From positions 5,265-69,264 of the forward strand of contig JAKSMP010000001.1 in assembly GCA_024400505.1 (NCBI GenBank): a stretch of 64,000 nt of DNA, read 5' to 3'. The notes beneath the pieces were generated by a model. That model had not been told where the DNA came from, made no database searches, and saw only the letters and a program-made list of their open reading frames with translations. The DNA comes from Bacteroidales bacterium. Lineage in GTDB: Bacteria > Bacteroidota > Bacteroidia > Bacteroidales > P3. This document shows, in pieces, positions 30,092 to 38,337 of the stretch. A program made the translations under genes and the position numbers. Numbering within the stretch: position 1 is the first letter of the stretch; the number at the start of each line of letters is the position of its first letter.

Positions 30092-30273
30092 TTTACGACA
30101 CCGAAGGCCGTCTGCAAGAAAGCATCGTGATGGCACCAAGTAGTGAGGTCGTAGCCATGTCTGTAGAAGTGGGGCAGTGGCACAAGGCCGAAAGCCTCGA
30201 ATCTGGCACCGTCATCCTCGAATGCAAAGACGGCAAATACACCCCATTGACTGAAGAAGAGGTCATGGGTTGA
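30092..30273 (+). pseudogene. Duplicate 3-prime fragment of wbuC
   Basis: 30092-30260 aligns to 21483-21650 at roughly 93 percent identity (YDTEGRLQESIVMAPSSEVVAMSVEVGQWHKAESLESGTVILECKDGKYTPL). Confidence 0.8.
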
Positions 30274-30314
30274 GAACGGTATTGTAATAAGACTGACTGG
30301 CAAATACTAAAACA

Positions 30315-31187
30315 ATGGCAAAGAAAGAAAAAAATATAATAGTTCTTATTGTTATCGGATCTTTGATTCTGGCTCTATTAATAAATCTATTGCTCTCGTC
30401 TAAATGGGGCTTTATCCCTACATGTTTTTCTTCTAAGGATTGGCTTGGCTTTTGGGCTACTTACGCCACTGGTATTTTTGCTGTTATTATCGGCTATTAC
30501 GCTATTGTTGCGTCAAACAGGAATAGTCGGCAGGCTATTGTACAGCAAAGCGAAATTCTTATCCGACAAAAAAGTGATGAGATATTTCATGAAATCTATA
30601 CTGAAGTAAAGCATCAGGTTCGTCTAACGAACCTGGTTAGATTCACCTCAACTTTATCTACCATAAATGAGGATTGTATTCCTCAACTGAAGCAAGATGT
30701 TTTGGAAAAAAGTTCCTCTATCTCAGAACGTCACCTCCAATGGGTTTTAATAAAAAGTTTATACCTGAATTCTGAATATGTTTTGCAGATTGCAGAAGAA
30801 TACAATAAGGTGTGGAATGCGGTTTCTCAAAAAATGTCGGAATGTTTAAATCTGGAAATAAAGTTGTTTGATTATTTGGAAGAAATAAAGTCTGTGGATC
30901 AGCATATATCAATTCTCTCCAAGTTATTGGACGTGCAGAAATCAATGACTATTAACGAATGTAGGGAACTTGAGATTTCTGAATACGAGAAACAAAAGGA
31001 AGATGTAATAACGAAAAAGGGCCGGTTGATTCGGCAATACGAAGAGTTAGTTCCTCGGTTGAATCAAAGTTTATCGAGTATGCAAAATATTCAAGATGAG
31101 TTATTGACCGCTTCGGTGAAGTTCCTCGGTCAACTAAGTGGTTTTACGTTTATCCCCTCTTCAGATTCGAGAACTATTCGACATTAG
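30315..31187 (+). CDS. Hypothetical 2TM + coiled-coil protein
   Basis: Two N-terminal TM helices (IIVLIVIGSLILALLINLLL and ATGIFAVIIGYYAIVA), then about 220 aa of helical, heptad-rich sequence. No family recognised. Confidence 0.55.
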   Translation: MAKKEKNIIVLIVIGSLILALLINLLLSSKWGFIPTCFSSKDWLGFWATYATGIFAVIIGYYAIVASNRNSRQAIVQQSEILIRQKSDEIFHEIYTEVKHQVRLTNLVRFTSTLSTINEDCIPQLKQDVLEKSSSISERHLQWVLIKSLYLNSEYVLQIAEEYNKVWNAVSQKMSECLNLEIKLFDYLEEIKSVDQHISILSKLLDVQKSMTINECRELEISEYEKQKEDVITKKGRLIRQYEELVPRLNQSLSSMQNIQDELLTASVKFLGQLSGFTFIPSSDSRTIRH

Positions 31188-31281
31188 ACTCTTGGGGATA
31201 CCCGTATCGAGAAAAAGCGATATATAAACCTAGACTTGGTCAACATCCTAATTCTACCTGGTAATACGTAGTCAATTAAAT

Positions 31282-31575
31282 ATGCTTGTACAACCAATAG
31301 AGCGATTTTCGAATGATGGGAAGACCCCAACAACAATTCCAGTCTTAAAACGTAGTTGTTATTGGGTGGATCATTCAATGTCTGTTTCGGGTGATGCCCC
31401 CAAAGAACTAATCCATATTTACAGATATACACAAGATAATAAGTTTCACAAGAAAAATCGGAAACATTGGCCGCTGTTTATTGCAAAGACGGGGCACGTG
31501 TATTCGTTACGTAAAGAAATGATAATAAAATGCCTTGAATATCGTTATTATAAAATAAAAAGTTTAATGCAATGA
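31282..31575 (+). CDS. Hypothetical protein, translationally coupled to the next gene
   Basis: 97 aa. Stop overlaps the ATG of 31572 (ATGA). No family recognised. Confidence 0.4.
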   Translation: MLVQPIERFSNDGKTPTTIPVLKRSCYWVDHSMSVSGDAPKELIHIYRYTQDNKFHKKNRKHWPLFIAKTGHVYSLRKEMIIKCLEYRYYKIKSLMQ

Positions 31576-31955
31576 GCATAATGAATAAACTTAAAATGTT
31601 ATGGCATGATAGCGAACAGACTAATGTCGGTGCAATCAATGGCAAGTATGGTCGTTTTGACCTTATGAAGGATGACTTGTTGATTGGAGTGTTGGAATAT
31701 GCAAATGATTCTTGGACATTCAAATATTCTCCTGACTTTATCAAACAAACTGAATTCGCCCCACTGGTAAATTTCCCCGATTGTCAAAAACTTTATACGA
31801 CTGGAACTGATCAGTTGTGGCCTTTCTTTTCATCTCGTATCCCAGGCATGGCGCAACTGAGATATGCAAATGATGATCAGAAGGATATTCTTACGCTTTT
31901 GCAAAAATATGGTCGTCATGTGATTGCAAATCCGTATGTACTGATTCCTGTCTAA
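31572..31955 (+). CDS. HipA N-terminal-domain-like (HipS-like) protein without a kinase partner
   Basis: 127 aa. LIGVLEYANDSWTFKYSPDF ... LWPFFSSRIPG resembles the HipA N-subdomain pattern (VG.L...F.Y ... FF.NLLPEG). Confidence 0.45.
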   Translation: MSIMNKLKMLWHDSEQTNVGAINGKYGRFDLMKDDLLIGVLEYANDSWTFKYSPDFIKQTEFAPLVNFPDCQKLYTTGTDQLWPFFSSRIPGMAQLRYANDDQKDILTLLQKYGRHVIANPYVLIPV

Positions 31956-32031
31956 TTTGAGTTGACTTTATCATTTTTATATAGCAGCTGGGCTCCATTA
32001 AGGAGTCCAGCTGCTTGCGTTTTAGGCTAAG

Positions 32032-32328
32032 TCAAACACCTGGAGATGGGGGACAATGCTTCTCATGCAGCTTGTCCACTATGGGGCATTGGAGTCGGTG
32101 CTTGCAGGTGTTGATGGCCTCGATGGCGGTGCGGAGACGCCGCACTTCTTCTTTTAACGGCTCGTAGATGTTGTGTTTGAATTCGTCGATGTATTGGACG
32201 GAGAGGTTCAGCTCCTCTCGGCGGGTCTCTGTTTGGCTTTTGCGAAGCTCTTGCTGGAACTTCTTCTGTCGCATCAGCCAGCCGTTGTCGGCAAGGGCCT
32301 GGATAATGGTTTTAAATGGTTCTTTCAT
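32032..32328 (-). CDS. Hypothetical small helical protein
   Basis: 98 aa, charged and coiled-coil-like. A heptamer array starts 19 nt upstream of its ATG. Confidence 0.45.
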   Translation of the reverse strand: MKEPFKTIIQALADNGWLMRQKKFQQELRKSQTETRREELNLSVQYIDEFKHNIYEPLKEEVRRLRTAIEAINTCKHRLQCPIVDKLHEKHCPPSPGV

Positions 32329-32346
32329 GTTTGATTTGTTCTTTTT

Positions 32347-32515
32347 TAGGTAGGAGGTGTGAATAGGTAGGAGGTGGGAATAGGTAGTAGGTAGTAGGTA
32401 GCAGGTGGGAGGTAGTAGGTAGCAGGTAGCAGGTAGTAGGTAGCAGGTAGGAGGTAGCAGGTGGGGCGGGGACCGGTGGGGGGCAGGTAGTAGGTGGGGG
32501 CGGGGGCCGGTGGGA
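32347..32515 (+). repeat. Heptamer tandem array (NAGGTAG)n plus GGGGCGGGGACCGGTGGGG motifs
   Basis: Read directly: ...TAGGTAGTAGGTAGTAGGTAGCAGGTGGGAGGTAGTAGGTAGCAGGTAG... Confidence 0.95.
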
Positions 32516-32580
32516 TGGGGTGCAGAGTGGATTGTACAGAGTTTAGGGTGGAGAGGGCTGGCGCAGGTGGGCTGGATGGG

Positions 32581-32698
32581 GAACCGCGAAAGACGCGAAA
32601 GGCACGAAATTTTTTCTTTAAGCTGCTAACGTGTTGGGCTTGCTGGAGCAAGCTAAGGACACGAAAATTTTTAGCGTTATTTAGCGTTTTTATCGGTT
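32581..32698 (+). repeat. CGAAA-hairpin core element, copy 1 (MITE-like)
   Basis: GAACCGCGAAAGACGCGAAAGGCACGAAA ... GCTTGCTGGAGCAAGC ... TTTAGCGTTATTTAGCGTTTTTATCGGTT. The arms are imperfect inverted repeats. Confidence 0.9.
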
Positions 32699-32758
32699 GT
32701 ATTTTTTTAGCGGTTGTGATTGGTGATTTGTGGTGAGAATTAGGTCTCCCCCTAAAAA

Positions 32759-32807
32759 CCTACTACCTGCTACCTACTACCTGATTTACCTACTACCTGA
32801 TCTACCT
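32759..32807 (-). repeat. Inverted short heptamer array (CTACCTN)n
   Basis: CCTACTACCTGCTACCTACTACCTGATTTACCTACTACCTGATCTACCT. Reverse complement of the array at 32347. Confidence 0.9.
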
Positions 32808-32820
32808 TGCTCTCGTTCAA

Positions 32821-33612
32821 TTACTCTTCTTCGTCGCTGCCATTCGTGGTTCCGCCGCCGCCACTATTGGCTGTGAAGATGGCGGTGAGGGCCATGTCGC
32901 TATTGACTACAATACTGCGTGAGGCTTGGGTGTTGCCATCGCTCCAACGGGTGAAGGTGAAGCCGCTGGCCGCCGTGGCTGCTATCGCCGCTGTGGCTCC
33001 ACTCTCGTATTGTCCGCCACCTGTCACTGTACCACCATTGGCTGGCGATGCGCTAAGGGTTAACGTCTTTCTTCCAGTAGGCGTGGGTGTCGGAGCCGGG
33101 TCGTCAGGATTTTCTTCCACCGGTCGTGACCCTGCTGCCCGCTTGGCCGCAGCCAATGTCTCGGCGGTGGATCCTTTGGTGAGTACTTCGTGGAATGTGG
33201 CATCTTTGCGCAGGTCGGCAAACTTGCTGCCTTTGCTCCACACTACGTTCACTTTCTTGATGTTGATGGAACTGAATTCGTCCATGTATTCAGCCCCCAT
33301 ACTCACCAACGAGAGACGGAAGCTGCCGAGGTCGCCCAACTCCACTGATTTGCCGGCTAGGAGCTGCTCTCGCAAGCAACTGACGGCTTTCTTGAGGATG
33401 GCTTGCACATCGGCTGCATCGTATGAACAGCCATGGTCGGCGATGTGGTTGGAGAAGGACTCGAGGTCCATGGTTTCAATGCTCTGGGCGTTGCCGTAGT
33501 AACGGAATATGGCACCAGGGAATGTTTCGACCTTCAGGTCGGGATTTGCTTTTTTGGCCACTTGGAACTCTGCGATGTTCGTGAGTCGTGGCGCTACACT
33601 GTAAAGAATCAT
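32821..33612 (-). CDS. Bacteroidales HU-related DNA-binding protein with C-terminal Listeria/Bacteroides repeat
   Basis: HU-like core LLAGKSVELGDLGSFRLSL, a Pro/Thr linker, then GGTVTGGGQYESGATAAIAATAASGFTFTRWSDG. Confidence 0.7.
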   Translation of the reverse strand: MILYSVAPRLTNIAEFQVAKKANPDLKVETFPGAIFRYYGNAQSIETMDLESFSNHIADHGCSYDAADVQAILKKAVSCLREQLLAGKSVELGDLGSFRLSLVSMGAEYMDEFSSINIKKVNVVWSKGSKFADLRKDATFHEVLTKGSTAETLAAAKRAAGSRPVEENPDDPAPTPTPTGRKTLTLSASPANGGTVTGGGQYESGATAAIAATAASGFTFTRWSDGNTQASRSIVVNSDMALTAIFTANSGGGGTTNGSDEEE

Positions 33613-33649
33613 GTTGTTTTAAAATTTTAAAAATTGTTATTGTTTTTTT

Positions 33650-33724
33650 AGGTAGGAGGTAGCAGGTAGGAGGTAGTAGGTAGCAGGTAGTAGGTAGTAG
33701 GAGGGCGGGAGCCGGTGGGGGAGG
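33650..33724 (+). repeat. Heptamer array plus GGGCGGGAGCCGGTGGG
   Basis: Read directly. Starts 38 nt upstream of the minus-strand HU-like start. Confidence 0.95.
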
Positions 33725-33838
33725 GAACCGCGAAAGACGCGAAAGGCACGAAAATTTTTCAGGTCGCTAACGTGTTGTGCTTGCTGGAGCAAGCTAAGGC
33801 GCGAAAATTTTTAGCGTTATTTAGCGTTTTTAGCGGTT
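33725..33838 (+). repeat. CGAAA-hairpin core element, copy 2
   Basis: Same consensus as copy 1. Confidence 0.9.
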
Positions 33839-33845
33839 GGGGAAA

Positions 33846-33970
33846 TAGGTAGTAGGTGTGAATAGGTAGTAGGTAGCAGGTAGAAGGTAGTAGGTGGGGG
33901 CGGGAGCCGGGATTTTTTTAGGTAGGAGGTAGTAGGTAGGAGGTAGTAGGTGGGCGGGAGCCGGTGGGGG
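33846..33970 (+). repeat. Heptamer array, two blocks each ending in GGGCGGGAGCCGG
   Basis: Read directly. Confidence 0.95.
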
Positions 33971-33975
33971 AAAGG

Positions 33976-34092
33976 GAACCGCGAAAGACGCGAAAGGCAC
34001 GAAATTTTTTTCAAGTTGCAAACGTGTTGGGCTTGCTGAAGCAAGCGAAGGTTACGAAATTTTTTTAACATTGTTTTGCGTTTTTAGCGGTT
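33976..34092 (+). repeat. CGAAA-hairpin core element, copy 3
   Basis: Same consensus with a degenerate right arm. Confidence 0.85.
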
Positions 34093-34099
34093 AGAAAAT

Positions 34100-34282
34100 T
34101 AGGTGGTAGGTGTGAATGGGTAGGAGGTAGCAGGTAGGAGGTAGTAGGTAGTAGGAGGGCGGGGGCAGGTAGTAGGTAGCAGGTAGAAGGTAGTAGGTGG
34201 GGGCGGGAGCCGGTGGGAGGGGGGCAGGTAGTAGGTAGCAGGTAGGAGGGAGTAGGGGGGGGCGGGGCCGGGAGTGGGGGGT
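34100..34282 (+). repeat. Heptamer array with three G-rich motifs
   Basis: Read directly. Confidence 0.95.
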
Positions 34283-34462
34283 GGTCTGTGTTGTGTCTTC
34301 ATTTGTTTACTTTTCATTTTAACTGCGTGTAGGATTAATTGGTACTTTTTTGTTTTGTTTTGCAAAGATACGACTTTTAACATTCGCTGGTCGTGCGTTA
34401 TGATGCGATTGGGTGCTGTGGTATGAGATAAAGTGAGATTACTTTGATCCTTCCTGCCTAAA

Positions 34463-34699
34463 TCAGGGGCTGCCGAGGTAGGAGACGATGAGGGCGACTT
34501 CTTTGGAGGTGTAGTATTTGCTGTATTTGTTGTACCCGATATCGTCCAGTGCTTTGCTAAGCGGGGCACAGCGTTTGATCCAGAGCGTGAGCCGGTTGAC
34601 TGCTGAGCGTGAGTCCGCCAGGGGAAAGTAGCAATGTGCAAGTGCTTGTTTGCTGTAGGTCCTGATAGGGAACGGTGGTGTGGTGAAGTTGTCTTCCAT
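34463..34699 (-). CDS. DUF4248 domain protein
   Basis: 78 aa from the ATG at 34699: YSKQALAHCYFP ... AVNRLTLWIKRC ... GYNKYSKYYTSKEVALIVSYLGSP. Confidence 0.7.
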   Translation of the reverse strand: MEDNFTTPPFPIRTYSKQALAHCYFPLADSRSAVNRLTLWIKRCAPLSKALDDIGYNKYSKYYTSKEVALIVSYLGSP

Positions 34700-34782
34700 G
34701 TGTATTTCTGTTTTTTGTTCATTATAGGTTAGGTGGACTGAGGGGTCAGGTCGTCTCGCCGTACTTGTTAGGTCGTATCGGT

Positions 34783-35829
34783 CTAGGCGTCCATGGTGTT
34801 TGAAGTTTTTGACTCTAGGAGTAGTTCTACCAAGTCGATCTTGCGCTCTTTCTGGTCGGGAGTGGATAGGCGTTCGAGTATGTCGGAGGTGTAGATGGCT
34901 AGTCCTGTCTTGCTGCTGATTTCTGCCGCATGCTTCCGCCAAAGGGCGTAGGCTTTCCCTTCGGGATCGGTGTCGGGGAAGAGTATGATTCGATAGCCGC
35001 TGCCTTGGAAGGGGGTGAAGAGTTCTGCATGGAGGTTGTTCATCCCGCCCGTGGCCATCCAGATGGCCCGGGGGATCAACAGCGAACAGATGACGGCCGT
35101 CTTCTCACTCTCTACTATGGCTATCGGCTGGCCGTCTTCGTGTCTCGCATGCTTTGAGATGAGGTGCAGGCCGAAGAGGCAGCGGGTGGCATGGTGGCTC
35201 TTGGGTAGTTGTCCGCGCCGTTTCAATACCGAAGTGATGGTGTAGGGGGCATGGCTCTGGCTCCGGTGACCATCGGGTCGATACTGCATCACCTTGCCTT
35301 CATGCACCTGTTGCTGCTCGTCCACCTGCCAGAAGATGACTCCCCCATCATGCGTGGCTCCAAGATGGTATCTGGCTACCGCCTCTTCCATCTGGTCGGC
35401 GGTGAGGATGCCCGATTGTACCATGGACCAGCAGAACGTGTTTCTGCCCGACTGACACCGCGACAGGTACAAGGCCGGGAGGTAGTCGTTTGTTGGCTGC
35501 GCTTTCGGCAGCGATGGGGTGGTGCGTGGCTTCGGCATGGGTTTGATCTGTTTTGTCAGGCTTATGTCTTCTTCGATATTGAATTGCTCGGAGAGCCATC
35601 GGCAGGCTTCGATGAAACCGAGGTTTTCTTTGGCCATCACGAGGTTGATGGTGCTGCCTCCTTTGCCACAAGAAAAGCAGTACCAGAGGTTCTCGCTGAC
35701 GTTGAAGGTGAGGCTTGGGTGTTTGTATTCGTGAAGAAAACAATTGCATTTGTGGTGTCGGACTTCTATTCCGAGTGCATTCGCCACTTCTTCGATGGGG
35801 ATGGTGCGTATTTTGTCTAGATTGAACAT
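34783..35829 (-). CDS. CHC2 zinc-finger / Toprim DNA primase-like protein
   Basis: From the ATG at 35829. CHC2 finger: CFLHEYKHPSLTFNVSENLWYCFSCGKGG. Toprim: VESEKTA and LFPDTDPEG. The longer ORF-track version runs into repeat sequence. Confidence 0.75.
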   Translation of the reverse strand: MFNLDKIRTIPIEEVANALGIEVRHHKCNCFLHEYKHPSLTFNVSENLWYCFSCGKGGSTINLVMAKENLGFIEACRWLSEQFNIEEDISLTKQIKPMPKPRTTPSLPKAQPTNDYLPALYLSRCQSGRNTFCWSMVQSGILTADQMEEAVARYHLGATHDGGVIFWQVDEQQQVHEGKVMQYRPDGHRSQSHAPYTITSVLKRRGQLPKSHHATRCLFGLHLISKHARHEDGQPIAIVESEKTAVICSLLIPRAIWMATGGMNNLHAELFTPFQGSGYRIILFPDTDPEGKAYALWRKHAAEISSKTGLAIYTSDILERLSTPDQKERKIDLVELLLESKTSNTMDA

Positions 35830-35844
35830 GGGGTAAGGGGGTGT

Positions 35845-35972
35845 TAGGTAGTAGGTGTGAATAGGTAGTAGGTAGTAGGTGGGGCGGGAGCCGGTGGGAG
35901 GAGGGTGGAGGTAGTAGGTAGTAGGTAGTAGGTAGCAGGTAGTAGGTGGGGCGGGAGCCGGTGGGAGGGAGG
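35845..35972 (+). repeat. Heptamer array plus G-rich motifs
   Basis: Starts 16 nt upstream of the minus-strand primase ATG. Confidence 0.95.
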
Positions 35973-36089
35973 GAACCGCGAAAGACGCGAAAGGCACGAA
36001 ATTTTTTCTTTAAGCTGCTAACGTGTTGGGCTTGCTGAAGCAAGCGAAGGCACGAAAATTTTTAGCGTTATTTAGCGTTTTTAGCGGTT
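35973..36089 (+). repeat. CGAAA-hairpin core element, copy 4
   Basis: Same consensus. Confidence 0.9.
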
Positions 36090-36096
36090 GAAAAAT

Positions 36097-36193
36097 TAGG
36101 TGGTGGGTAGCAGGTAGCAGGTGGGGCGGGAGCCGGTGGGAGGAGGGTGGAGGTAGTAGGTAGCAGGTGGGGCGGGAGCCGGTGGGAGGGAGG
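36097..36193 (+). repeat. Heptamer array plus G-rich motifs
   Basis: Read directly. Confidence 0.95.
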
Positions 36194-36299
36194 GAACCGC
36201 GAAAGACGCGAAAGGCACGAAATTTTTTCTTTAAGCTGCTAACGTGTTGGGCTTGCTGAAGCAAGCAAATGTTACGGAAATTTTTAGAGTTTTTGCGGT
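36194..36299 (+). repeat. CGAAA-hairpin core element, copy 5
   Basis: Same consensus with a degenerate right arm. Confidence 0.85.
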
Positions 36300-36378
36300 A
36301 TGGATTGGTGGTTTGTGATGTGGGGTTCGGGGATGTGATTGGTGTTTGTGATGAGAGTTAGGTTTTCCCAATAAAATA

Positions 36379-36404
36379 CCTACTACCTGCTACCTACTAC
36401 CTGA
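36379..36404 (-). repeat. Inverted heptamer block
   Basis: CCTACTACCTGCTACCTACTACCTGA, preceded by GTGATTGGTGTTTGTGATGAGAGTTAGGTTTTCCCAATAAAATA. Confidence 0.9.
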
Positions 36405-36460
36405 TTCTTTTGCGGTTGTGATTGGTGTTTGTGGTGAGAGTTAGGTTTTCCCAATAAAAT

Positions 36461-36496
36461 ACCTGCTACCTACTACCTGATATACCTACTCCCTGA
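36461..36496 (-). repeat. Inverted heptamer block, second copy of the about 95-bp right-end module
   Basis: ACCTGCTACCTACTACCTGATATACCTACTCCCTGA, preceded by the same GTGATTGGTGTTTGTGGTGAGAGTTAGG module. Confidence 0.9.
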
Positions 36497-36568
36497 TTCA
36501 TTGCCTGAGTCCTTCTACTTTTTCGCTCGGCTTTCCCTACTTCCCCCGGTATCCCCTAGAGGGGATAC

Positions 36569-37714
36569 CTAGGGGGCAGGCTGGCCGCCTGCTTCGGAGG
36601 CGGGGTCCCTTAGCCTGGGTCCCCGCTTGTAGTACACGCAGTCTTCGCTCTTGACAATTTTCTCGATAATGAGGTCTTGTAGGGCCTTGTAGCGGACTCT
36701 GCCATACCAGTTGAGGTTCTCGATATTTGTGAGTTCTTGGAATTTCTGCTCCAGTTCGTATGCTCGTAGTTGGGTGGTGTCGTCTGGTAGCAGGGTGGAG
36801 AACACTTTCACGGCATTCACTTCTCCTCCAATCATATATTCTCTGTTGATGGGTAGGTGGGCGGTAGCCTTCTTTTTGGAGAGTGCTGATGGTGGAATAT
36901 TGGTTAGTTCGGGCAGACCTTGATCGTTGACGGTGAAACGGAGGGTGTCGAGGATGTCGTATTTGCGGGTCATCACCTGTTTCCAAGAAAAGATACGGTC
37001 GGCGTCTTTCTCGCACTCATATACCTCGAACGACTTGTAGGTCAGCTCTGTGCCAATCCATCCGCGGAGGTTTTTGTCTTCCGAAGCTTTGTTTTGGTGC
37101 AGCACACACACGATGCAGCATCCCTGTTCTGAAGCAAGGTGCATGAGCCGTTCGATGACCTCTTGCGACAGCACGCCGTCGTTGATGTCGTTCACCAGGT
37201 CTCGTATGCCGTCCAAGATTACCAAGTCGGGTTTGTCGTGCCGGATGGCTACCTCTAGCAGCGGCATACGATCCTGCCAGAATTCTGCTCGCACGTTGTA
37301 CACATCGCATCGTTCCGCAAGGAATGAGTCTATGGCACTGCTATCTTGGCACATGCGTAGTACTCGGTCGCGTAGGATTTCTTGTGTGGACTCCTCACTC
37401 TGCTCGGTGTCGAACCACAGCAGGTGAAGCGGGTCGGCCTCGATACGCCGGACTGAGAGCGACTCTTCGCAAAGGCAGAGGCTCATGAGGATGGAGGTGA
37501 GAAATGTCTTGCCCGACTTGGCTCGGCCAGTCACCGCCACCAGTTCGCCTCGTGGGAAACAGGGTTTGTCGAACAGGCGGAAGAGGAACCGCCGTTGTGG
37601 GATCACGGTGGTGGGGGTGATGCGTCGTCGTTCAAGCCGCCTGATCCGTTCTTGGATCTCGGGATCGGTCCCTGCGAGGGCTATCTCGTCTTGAATTAGT
37701 TGTTGCAGGTCCAT
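36569..37714 (-). CDS. AAA_25/RepA-DnaB-like ATPase (putative replicative helicase or loader)
   Basis: Walker A VTGRAKSGKTF, Walker B DLVILDGIRDL, and VCVLHQNK. Confidence 0.7.
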   Translation of the reverse strand: MDLQQLIQDEIALAGTDPEIQERIRRLERRRITPTTVIPQRRFLFRLFDKPCFPRGELVAVTGRAKSGKTFLTSILMSLCLCEESLSVRRIEADPLHLLWFDTEQSEESTQEILRDRVLRMCQDSSAIDSFLAERCDVYNVRAEFWQDRMPLLEVAIRHDKPDLVILDGIRDLVNDINDGVLSQEVIERLMHLASEQGCCIVCVLHQNKASEDKNLRGWIGTELTYKSFEVYECEKDADRIFSWKQVMTRKYDILDTLRFTVNDQGLPELTNIPPSALSKKKATAHLPINREYMIGGEVNAVKVFSTLLPDDTTQLRAYELEQKFQELTNIENLNWYGRVRYKALQDLIIEKIVKSEDCVYYKRGPRLRDPASEAGGQPAP

Positions 37715-37822
37715 TGATATACTTTTTTCTTCAAAAATTGTTTATTTTGCAAAAGTACATACGCTGCCTGACATAAGAGGCCATATATGACCCTGCTAGG
37801 CATCGAGGAAAAATGATAAACT

Positions 37823-38337
37823 ATGAAGAAAGAATCTTGTATTCAACTTCCCTCGTTCGGGATTGCGCTGCAAAAGGTATGCGACTCGTTGGGCATCCAT
37901 GCAGCAATGGTGAAGGACTATGGCTTGTCGCTATCTACCTTCAAGAGAATGAAAAAAGGGCACCTGTCCGTACCGATCACCTGGCTTTGATGTTGCGCAT
38001 CATCCGTGATAGTTGCTTGGAAACGGAGTTTCCGTTGATTGCCATGGAACTGGTGGCGGGGCTGGTGGGGACGGATGCGAGTTTTGGCGAGAAAAATACA
38101 ATCCTAGCCTCGGCAGGTGGGGCAGGATTGGTGTCTAAAGGGGATTATGCTGAGCAAAAATTCCCTCATTGTGCCCGCTCTACGGCGCTCAAGAAGCTGG
38201 CAAATACTATTCGGTCGAATCCGCGGTTGGCATCGGCGCTGCGTGACGCAGGCTACAGCCCAAACTCCCATACGCTCACGCTGAGGCAGGTGAGGGTAAT
38301 TGAGGAGGGTTGGAGGGAGGTGGCAGGTAGTAGGTAG
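37823..38337 (+). pseudogene. HTH/DUF4248-like gene, apparently frameshifted in a poly-A run
   Basis: The ATG at 37823 gives MKKESCIQLPSFGIALQKVCDSLGIHAAMVKDYGLSLSTFKRMKKGHLSVPITWL*. The remainder (...RDAGYSPNSHTLTLRQVRVIEE) continues in the frame of ORF 37813..38337. The switch is plausible at the A-run near 37951. Confidence 0.4.

Noticed and set aside
32807-33630. Plus-strand ORFs 32807..33499 and 33433..33630.
   Set aside because: They are antisense to the HU-like gene, which has a convincing HU core and repeat domain. The plus-strand products are low-complexity.
34783-35997. The full 404-aa ORF-track version of the primase, and the 159-aa version of the DUF4248 gene (34463..34942).
   Set aside because: Their N-terminal extensions read through heptamer or repeat sequence, or through the neighbouring gene. 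The internal ATGs at 35829 and 34699 give proteins that start at canonical family N-termini.
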